IMG/VR virus record: IMGVR_UViG_3300007640_000027
From: a virus
Reading direction: 5' to 3' (one strand)
DNA length: 64,000 bases
Position numbers and translations under genes: made by a program. The notes beneath the pieces were generated by a model that saw nothing but the letters and a program-made list of their open reading frames with translations, searched no databases and was not told the origin of the DNA. Positions 57,348 to 64,000 of this stretch are shown piece after piece (within the stretch, counting starts at the first letter, position 1; every line of letters starts with the position of its first letter).

Positions 57348-58644
57348 CTTTAAATTTAATATTTAAATTATCAAATGAAAGAAATTCAGGAACTTTATTA
57401 TCACCTGATTCTCCTTTCGGATTTGGTTTGTGTTTTGGTTTAAAAGGATTTTTTCTTTCTGGTTTTTCTTTTGTACCAGGTTTTACTCTTGTAGGTGCGG
57501 TTTCCACATCACTACTACCTTTTGGTTTTGGTTTGTGTTTTGGTTTGAAAGGACTTTTTCTTTCAGGTTTGCTCGGAGTTTTTGTTGGAATAACTACCGG
57601 TGCTTCTTTTGTACCAGGTGTATTTTCCAATAAATTCAATAAATCTTTTTTTGTCATACTTGGTTTATTCTCACTTTCCAACAAAGATAAGATTTTATTT
57701 TCCAATTGTCTAACTTTTCTTTTATAAGATTCATTTTTTACCTTTTCAGGTAATTTGCTAAAGTCTTTTGTATCATCAGCAAACTCACGTGCCATTTTAC
57801 ACCATTTTGATTTTGGTCCCTCTTCTTCACATTTTGCAAAGAAATAACCTTGTTGTGCTTTTGAACGGAATTTTTCCTTCATTTCTTCTTTTTCAAAAAT
57901 ACCCATTCCATCATCACTATCATTAAAACCATCATCTTCCCCAGGTCCCATATCTAAGTTACCACCCTTCTCATAAGGATCACGACCTGACATCTTATCT
58001 AAGTCCAATGATGATTGACCCTCAAACATACCTAATGTAGTTATAGGGGTCTTCATTTTTTTTGAGTGTTTCTTACCTTCACCCATTTCTATTTCTTCTT
58101 CACCTTCAACCGCCTTACGGATGGTATCAACGTGTCCTTGAATATAACTGTGTTCATCTTCCAATCCCATCATCTCTGCCATATCCATAATTTGCTCAGC
58201 CAAATTCTCGGCAACAACCATATAACCTTCATCAGTACCGGTCTCGTCATCTTCTAATATATGTTTTTCAATATAAAATAAAGCATCTTGTAATTTCGCT
58301 GTTCTTTCAGCCAAATCCATATCCTCTACTTTATCTTCAATATTTGCGTATAATTCAGAAGCACCAGGACAAACATCAAAATATTTTGTTTGATATGAAC
58401 CAACAGTAATTTCTTGTGGATCATCCTCCTCATCTTGCTCTTCCAAATTTGAGGCAAGATTGTTTAAGTCCTCTTCGGTTGATTTAATAGCATTTTTAAG
58501 TTGCATAACTTTTTCTATTTTGGCATCCAAATCTTCTTTAACCAATCTTTTATGTAATGCTTTTATTTGATTCTTACTTAAAGATTTTATGGTTGAAATT
58601 GAAAAACCTTCATTGATTAAATCGTTTAATATATTAGTTTTCAT
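57340..58644 (-). CDS. Acidic modular protein with Pro/Lys-rich repeats
   Basis: KPERK(S/N)PFKPKHKP(K/N)PKG twice; F.SKAQQ.YF module. Confidence 0.55.
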   Translation of the reverse strand: MKTNILNDLINEGFSISTIKSLSKNQIKALHKRLVKEDLDAKIEKVMQLKNAIKSTEEDLNNLASNLEEQDEEDDPQEITVGSYQTKYFDVCPGASELYANIEDKVEDMDLAERTAKLQDALFYIEKHILEDDETGTDEGYMVVAENLAEQIMDMAEMMGLEDEHSYIQGHVDTIRKAVEGEEEIEMGEGKKHSKKMKTPITTLGMFEGQSSLDLDKMSGRDPYEKGGNLDMGPGEDDGFNDSDDGMGIFEKEEMKEKFRSKAQQGYFFAKCEEEGPKSKWCKMAREFADDTKDFSKLPEKVKNESYKRKVRQLENKILSLLESENKPSMTKKDLLNLLENTPGTKEAPVVIPTKTPSKPERKSPFKPKHKPKPKGSSDVETAPTRVKPGTKEKPERKNPFKPKHKPNPKGESGDNKVPEFLSFDNLNIKFKDE

Positions 58645-59044
58645 CTTCTATTAAATTTTTTTCATATTTTAATATAATATCTCTTTCATAGAGTTTGTCT
58701 TCCACCGATTTGATATCTTCACCAAACCTAAAGACCAATCGTTTTAAATTTGTTGGAATTTGTGAATCATCGTCGTCTATCTCCCAAGCCAACGCGATCA
58801 CATCATCCATGGCGTCATACATAGAAAAAAAATCTGATTCTTGGATCAAATTTAATTCAATGTCAGAATTTTTAAGAACACCTACCTTCTCTATATAATT
58901 AATTTGGGGTGGGAATGGTTTTCCTGATGCAGGTTGACTATCCCATTCTTCACCCCAAATGTCTTTTTGTTTAGAAAAAATAAATTCGTAAATGTTTTGA
59001 CCGTTATAATTCGGACCCAATCCATTTACATATATTAGTTTCAT
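58634..59044 (-). CDS. Conserved hypothetical protein
   Basis: LIYVN.LG...YEFIF...WGE.W...D.VIALAWE. Confidence 0.6.
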   Translation of the reverse strand: MKLIYVNGLGPNYNGQNIYEFIFSKQKDIWGEEWDSQPASGKPFPPQINYIEKVGVLKNSDIELNLIQESDFFSMYDAMDDVIALAWEIDDDDSQIPTNLKRLVFRFGEDIKSVEDKLYERDIILKYEKNLIEDEN

Positions 59045-60255
59045 AGCAATTCCCCTTTTGGAGAAATTTTATATGTTTTGTCTCCTTTTTGGAAAACCAA
59101 ATTTTTCATATTAGTTTTTCCAATAAATGTTAAATCATTATTTTCTTTTAATAATGAATTTGAAGCCATTTCTTGTTCAACTGTTTCTGATAATCTTTGG
59201 ATTTCTTTATTAACAGATACTTTTTTCACTTTTGATTGAATAAAGTTTTTAACTTGTTTTTCTTCGTTAATCTTTTTTTCTTCTTCAGTGATTACAAAAT
59301 ATTTTGAAATGATTTTATCTATTTTTGATTCAGAAAACATATGATCCATTTCTTTATCTTCCATATCCTCAGATAATTCAGTTTCAGGTTCTTCTTCGTC
59401 CATGTCTAAATCAAGATCCAAGTCAAAATCCTCATCACCCGCTTCAACATCAATTTTTGCTTCATCATCCACACCATAATCAATATCTTCTTCTGGTTCT
59501 TCAAATTTTTCCAAAATTTCTTCTCTATCTTCTTCATCCAAATTTTCCAAATCCAATGCAGATAAGATTGAGTTAATAACATATTTCATATCCGAAGATC
59601 TGATACCCATTGCTTGATCAAATGAACGAAGTTTTTGAGCCAATTTTCCTGTTAACTTTTGAATGGTCTTAAATGAAGTTTCTTCTTCATCTGATTCAAC
59701 ATCAACATCAACTTCTTCTTCATCACCCATTTCTTCATCACCTTCAGGTGCTTCCATATCCAAATCTAAGTCCAAATCCATTTCTTCTTCAGATCCTTCT
59801 TCATCACCCATATTTAAGTCCAAATCCAAATCAGTTTCGTCTGGTGTTGGTTCTTCTTTTGGTGCTTCAACTTCAGCCTCAGGTGTTTTTAATACAAATT
59901 TCTTTTGCTCACCAATTAAATCAACCCCTTCTTGATTCTCGTGAATTCTATTCAATTCACCAGCCAATAGGTTGATTTTTTTCATTGCTTGAGAAAATGA
60001 TTTGTGATATTTTCTATTTTTCATCGGTTCAATATAATCCAACTCGGATTCATTGATTCCTTTTTTAACTATATAACCTACTTTTTCTTTTACGATTCCG
60101 TAGTAATTTCCGTCTGCCAATTGTATTGTATAGTCCGCAGAGGTATTATTTGATTCAGTCAAAGATTCTTTGCCATAATTGGCGATTTCCATGATCCTTC
60201 TTAATTTATCAGATCCTTCTAATCTTTCACTTCCTAAAGGTTTTAAATCTCCCAT
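59041..60255 (-). CDS. Highly acidic putative prohead core protein
   Basis: D/E-rich DLDLDL tracts like the scaffold; many L/I-x-E sites. Confidence 0.55.
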   Translation of the reverse strand: MGDLKPLGSERLEGSDKLRRIMEIANYGKESLTESNNTSADYTIQLADGNYYGIVKEKVGYIVKKGINESELDYIEPMKNRKYHKSFSQAMKKINLLAGELNRIHENQEGVDLIGEQKKFVLKTPEAEVEAPKEEPTPDETDLDLDLNMGDEEGSEEEMDLDLDLDMEAPEGDEEMGDEEEVDVDVESDEEETSFKTIQKLTGKLAQKLRSFDQAMGIRSSDMKYVINSILSALDLENLDEEDREEILEKFEEPEEDIDYGVDDEAKIDVEAGDEDFDLDLDLDMDEEEPETELSEDMEDKEMDHMFSESKIDKIISKYFVITEEEKKINEEKQVKNFIQSKVKKVSVNKEIQRLSETVEQEMASNSLLKENNDLTFIGKTNMKNLVFQKGDKTYKISPKGELL

Positions 60256-60270
60256 TTTTTTAATTTTTTT

Positions 60271-60420
60271 TTAAGAATAAAGGCCGTTTCCTCCCAATCT
60301 AACCATAGAACATTGGATTGATGGCTCCCCATTATCATCACTAAAGATTGGATGTGGTGTTTCGGTACTCCCCGTATACACCTTGTACTCCGTTTGTGCT
60401 GTGCAACCAGTAACTGCCAT
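60271..60420 (-). CDS. Small putative virion protein (49 aa)
   Basis: Hand translation MAVTGCTAQTEYKVYTGSTETPHPIFSDDNGEPSIQCSMVRLGGNGLYS*; TATTTAT upstream. Confidence 0.55.
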   Translation of the reverse strand: MAVTGCTAQTEYKVYTGSTETPHPIFSDDNGEPSIQCSMVRLGGNGLYS

Positions 60421-60484
60421 AATTAGTTTTTTATAAATAAATATATCCTAAATATAGAATTTCTTATAAATATAACAATAAAAG

Positions 60485-61228
60485 TTATTTTGCTTCTTTT
60501 AATGATAGACGATCATCCATCAATTCGTTCTGAAAATCAAACAGTTTTTGAATATATCCATTTCTTCTTAAGAACTTAAATACCAAATTTTCATAAGAAT
60601 ATTCTCCCTCTTGTTTAAGCCCTGAATTTCTATAATCTTTCAATTTTTCTTTTAATTTGTTGATCATTTCGTTGGCCGTTATCAAATCCTCATCTTTGCT
60701 ATTTTCAATAATCGCATCAATTTTATCAATCCAAGAATTAACCTTTTGTTCCAAGAATTCTTTATTGATCTTAACATCTTCCATATTTGGTTGTTCAATC
60801 CATTTGTCATATAAAACCGAATAAACCCCCGTTGATACGTGTGGTTCATTGGTGTCTTGAACATATAACTCCACATCAAAACTCTTTACCTTGATATCGT
60901 GAGTTGAATTAAATAAGGTCTTTTTTAATTTGAATAAATCAGAAAATAAATCTTTCTGTTCTCCCGTTTCTTTAAAGTCAAACATAATGTGCAAATCAAT
61001 ATCAGAAAAATCTGACCAATTATAATTCGCCAAAGATCCCGTCATTACCACATCCAAAACAAAAATATCATAACCCAAATAATCAACAAACTCGTTTGCG
61101 ATTTCTAATAAAATATCTCGTATTGGGGGTCTCATGACATAAGAATCATTATATGTCTTTTCCCAAATTTCTTCATTCAAATCATTTTGAATGTAAAAAC
61201 TACTTAAAATATCATCAAATGTTTTCAT
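60485..61228 (-). CDS. Pol-beta-superfamily nucleotidyltransferase
   Basis: TGSLANY...SDIDLH (GS...DxD) and a downstream VELYV. Confidence 0.75.
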   Translation of the reverse strand: MKTFDDILSSFYIQNDLNEEIWEKTYNDSYVMRPPIRDILLEIANEFVDYLGYDIFVLDVVMTGSLANYNWSDFSDIDLHIMFDFKETGEQKDLFSDLFKLKKTLFNSTHDIKVKSFDVELYVQDTNEPHVSTGVYSVLYDKWIEQPNMEDVKINKEFLEQKVNSWIDKIDAIIENSKDEDLITANEMINKLKEKLKDYRNSGLKQEGEYSYENLVFKFLRRNGYIQKLFDFQNELMDDRLSLKEAK

Positions 61229-61249
61229 CTACAATAAATAGATTAAAAA

Positions 61250-61498
61250 TTACTTTTCTATTTTTTTGTATTTAAAATTCTTTGCAATTTCTTTTGAGAA
61301 AAACGAACCCTGAGACTTTGCCATTCTGAATTTTGTGTAAATTGAATGAGGAACCTCTTGGTATTCATAGATCAAACCATTATTAAATGTGGTTGTTAAC
61401 GTTTTAGATGATGTATCATAAATCGTTTTTTTTAGATTTGATGACTCAATCTCGTTAATAATTAACTTTCCTTCAATTTTTTCACTTTTAATAGCCAT
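61250..61498 (-). CDS. KTSC-domain protein
   Basis: SSN....YD.....L...F.NG..Y.Y..VP...Y.....A.S.G.FF...I. Confidence 0.88.
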   Translation of the reverse strand: MAIKSEKIEGKLIINEIESSNLKKTIYDTSSKTLTTTFNNGLIYEYQEVPHSIYTKFRMAKSQGSFFSKEIAKNFKYKKIEK

Positions 61499-61532
61499 AA
61501 CTTATTTTTTTCTATAAGTATATGATATTTTG

Positions 61533-61566
61533 AAAAATAAAAAACCCTCCTTTTTGGGAAGGGTTT
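61533..61566 (-). terminator. Intrinsic terminator
   Basis: AAACCCT...AGGGTTT hairpin with a T-run on the minus strand. Confidence 0.55.
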
Positions 61567-61587
61567 AAAATCTATTTTACCTTTTAA

Positions 61588-62103
61588 TTATTTATTAGGT
61601 GGGTATTCCACAAAGAAAGACTCTAAATCATCATGTATTTTTTGTGGATTATTAATATCAAATTCAAAATTAATACGACCGTCAGATTTATAACCTTTTT
61701 GTTTCCACCAATCATCTATTTGTTTTTTTAAATCATTATCATCCGAAATTAAAGTAAAATCTTTTCTACCCGAACTAATAGAAAGACCATATCCTACATT
61801 AAAGTTACCTTGAGTTGTACCCCAGTTTAAACTTTGATGTGGTTCACTAGAGTCATCATAACTCATAAAAGTTATAATTTTCGGATTATACAAATCTTTT
61901 AATTTGTTAAATAAAGTTTTCCATTCAGGACTATTACGGTCCATTTTAGTTTCTTCTTGTTCGAGTAAATAAGGTTTTACATCACCTGACTTTGTCTCAA
62001 TTAATTTTTTAAAATTATCAATGGCTAAATTCATACCACCTTCATGCAATTTGCGAATATTATTTTTTTCTTCTTCGCTAAGGTTATTTAGTAAATGTTT
62101 CAT
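61588..62103 (-). CDS. Hypothetical protein with an LSEEEKNNIRKLHE leader
   Basis: ORF with late promoter; leader ends YLLEQ. Confidence 0.55.
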   Translation of the reverse strand: MKHLLNNLSEEEKNNIRKLHEGGMNLAIDNFKKLIETKSGDVKPYLLEQEETKMDRNSPEWKTLFNKLKDLYNPKIITFMSYDDSSEPHQSLNWGTTQGNFNVGYGLSISSGRKDFTLISDDNDLKKQIDDWWKQKGYKSDGRINFEFDINNPQKIHDDLESFFVEYPPNK

Positions 62104-62135
62104 AGTTCTATTTTTAATATAAATATATGGACAAA

Positions 62136-62160
62136 TAAAAAACCCCTCACGTGGAGGGGA
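62136..62160 (-). terminator. Intrinsic terminator
   Basis: CCCCTC-ACGTG-GAGGGG with a T-run on the minus strand. Confidence 0.6.
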
Positions 62161-62167
62161 TATTAAA

Positions 62168-62617
62168 TTAAGATTTAAGTTCTTTCAGTTGATCTCTAAT
62201 TTCAATTGCTCGTTCAAAGTTTTGTTCTGAAATTACTTTTTTAAGTTCTAAATTAAGATTTGAAATTTCTTCTTTATTTTTTTCCAAGTTCTTAATTTGA
62301 TCTCTCAATTCTGCTGCTTTTTCAAAATCTTCATTTTCAACAGCAATACGGAGTTGATTTTTGAGGTCCATATTTTCAGGGTTCATCATTTTTTCCTCAA
62401 AACCACGAGGTGTGAAATAGATTTTAGTTTGAACAAAAGATCCATCATTAGATGTGAATGTCTCTTTTTCCCACTCACCTATTTCCGTTGAATAATTTTT
62501 CTTTTCGGTATTTCCTGTTCTATCTGTTTGTGGATAAAACAAATAATCAGAATTAAAATTGGAGTCTTTAAAAAGATCATTTAAATCATCAATCCAAGTT
62601 TTTCTTCTTCTAAACAT
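62168..62617 (-). CDS. Protein with two tandem UVR (UvrB/UvrC, McsA-like) coiled-coil motifs
   Basis: AVENEDFEKAAELRDQI and VISEQNFERAIEIRDQL. Confidence 0.8.
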   Translation of the reverse strand: MFRRRKTWIDDLNDLFKDSNFNSDYLFYPQTDRTGNTEKKNYSTEIGEWEKETFTSNDGSFVQTKIYFTPRGFEEKMMNPENMDLKNQLRIAVENEDFEKAAELRDQIKNLEKNKEEISNLNLELKKVISEQNFERAIEIRDQLKELKS

Positions 62618-62704
62618 AATTTTTTTTGGTTTTAAAAGTTTTATTTATATCTTTGTCCCTCACTATGTAAATATCATGCCATCAAAATAAAAAAAGATAA
62701 GATC

Positions 62705-62769
62705 TGACGTTTTGTAAGTAAAAATGTCAAAATGACAGTAAAAAAATAAATTACACTGACATTTTGTCT
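62705..62769. promoter_or_regulatory. Three operator-like TGWCA-N3-TGWCA boxes in the divergent promoter region
   Basis: TGACGTTTTGTAA (62705), TGTCAAAATGACA (62725), TGACATTTTGTCT (62757). Confidence 0.5.
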
Positions 62770-62832
62770 AAAAGTTGATAACTACATAGTTTTTGTTATA
62801 TTTGTTTCGTATAAACTTAAAATTGAAATAGA

Positions 62833-64000
62833 ATGATTGAAGAAATTGATCCAAATCAAAAAAGTGCAAGTTCATCCAAAGACACCTCAGGTTCATCAAC
62901 TCCCGTGTTGGATAACTTTTCTCGTGACCTGATCAAATTGGCACAAGAAGGAAAACTTGATCCAGTAATCGGAAGAGAACGTGAAATCAATCGGATTGCG
63001 CAAATACTCTCACGTCGCAAGAAAAATAACCCCATCATCATCGGAGAACCTGGTGCAGGAAAGACTGCGATTGTGGAAGGACTGGCAATGAAGATATATA
63101 ATGGTGATTGTCCGCAAAACTTATGTGATAAGAAAATCGTATCATTGGATATGACTTCAATCGTTGCGGGAACCAAATATCGTGGTCAGTTTGAAGAACG
63201 TATCAAAGTCATTTTGGAAGAACTTGAAAATAACACAGATATTATTGTGTTTATTGACGAGATTCACACAATGATCGGTGCTGGTAATTCAAGTGGTTCA
63301 TTGGATGCGTCCAATATCTTTAAACCCGCTCTTGCTCGTGGAGAACTCCAATGTATCGGAGCAACCACATTGGACGAATACCGTGAGAATATTGAAAAAG
63401 ACGGAGCATTGGATCGTCGTTTCCAAAAAGTGATCGTTGATGGTGCAACACCTGAAGAGACAATGGAAATTCTTACAAATCTTAAGGAACGTTATGAAAA
63501 ACACCACAAAGTTTCTTATTCACCTGAATCACTAAAAGCATGTGTATCTCTTGCGGGTCGTTACATCACCGATCGTGAATTCCCTGATAAAGCAATTGAT
63601 ATTATGGATGAGGTTGGTGCTCGTTGTCAAATCAATGTGAAGTTACCTGAGATTATTGAAGAACTTAAAGAAAAGGCGGCAGAAATTCGGGAAGAAAAAA
63701 TCCAAGTGGTTAAGTCTCAACGATATGAACAAGCAGCACAATTACGAGACAAGGAAAAGAAAATCCTGAAACAACTGGAAGATGAGAAACGCAAGTTTGA
63801 AGAATCAAAAGACACCGAACGTCATCCTGTGACCGAAGAAATGGTATATGAAGTCGTATCGGTAATGACCAAAATACCTATTTCCAAATTAACCACCGAT
63901 GACAAACAAAGTCTTTTGGATTTGGAATCAAACCTCAATATGAGTGTTATTGGTCAGGAAGATGCGGTCTCCAAAATATCAAAATCAATTCGGAGAAACC
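62833..64000 (+). CDS. clpC: ClpC-type AAA+ unfoldase lacking the N-terminal Clp-repeat domain (runs off the window end)
   Basis: Not in the ORF track. MIEEIDPN...[12 protein letters not shown]...LDPVIGRE...RRKKNNP...GEPGAGKT...FIDEIH...GATT..EY...PDKAID...[11 protein letters not shown] (UVR)...VIGQEDAV. Confidence 0.92.
   Translation, partial: MIEEIDPNQKSASSSKDTSGSSTPVLDNFSRDLIKLAQEGKLDPVIGREREINRIAQILSRRKKNNPIIIGEPGAGKTAIVEGLAMKIYNGDCPQNLCDKKIVSLDMTSIVAGTKYRGQFEERIKVILEELENNTDIIVFIDEIHTMIGAGNSSGSLDASNIFKPALARGELQCIGATTLDEYRENIEKDGALDRRFQKVIVDGATPEETMEILTNLKERYEKHHKVSYSPESLKACVSLAGRYITDREFPDKAIDIMDEVGARCQINVKLPEIIEELKEKAAEIREEKIQVVKSQRYEQAAQLRDKEKKILKQLEDEKRKFEESKDTERHPVTEEMVYEVVSVMTKIPISKLTTDDKQSLLDLESNLNMSVIGQEDAVSKISKSIRRN

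Noticed and set aside
62856-63507. Minus-strand ORFs 62856-63176 and 63298-63507
   Set aside because: Shadows of clpC on the plus strand
1-64000. Stop-codon reassignment as seen in some large Bacteroidota phages
   Set aside because: Core genes are full length under the standard code, and both TAG and TGA end genes (for example 3036 and 1583)
1-64000. tRNA genes, CRISPR arrays, introns or inteins, IS elements
   Set aside because: No cloverleafs, spaced repeats, transposases or splicing motifs seen by eye; intergenic gaps are short and the polymerase and terminase appear uninterrupted

Overview
This is a 64-kb AT-rich segment of a large T4-like (myovirus, jumbo-type) phage genome, read with the standard genetic code. 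It holds most of the morphogenesis genes: tape measure, tail chaperone, tube, sheath, tail terminator, neck, spike, major capsid, scaffold, prohead protease, portal and large terminase. It also carries a family-B DNA polymerase, an SNF2 helicase, a gp55-like late sigma factor, a ~13-kb glycosyltransferase/sugar-modification locus, PhoH, dUTPase, an Mn/Fe SOD fused to a nuclease-like domain, ribosomal protein bS21, and an N-domain-less ClpC divergent from a double-UVR protein. A Bacteroidota (probably Flavobacteriia) host is inferred from bS21 with Tyr54, a DUF4494-like gene, TAnnTTTG boxes and the absence of SD sites. The most striking patterns are four: (1) an [S/T]-G-x-T motif strongly enriched in exposed virion proteins next to a phage-encoded glycan pathway, a candidate virion-glycosylation sequon; (2) a family of late-expressed enzymes and modules with short leaders or linkers ending in (L/I/V)-x-E, a candidate protease-processed capsid-cargo system; (3) a late promoter TATTTAT that is the reverse complement of the T4 late box; (4) a +1/-2 frameshift joining the tail chaperone to a hidden gp51-like ORF. 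All product calls come from motif recognition by eye; no searches were run.
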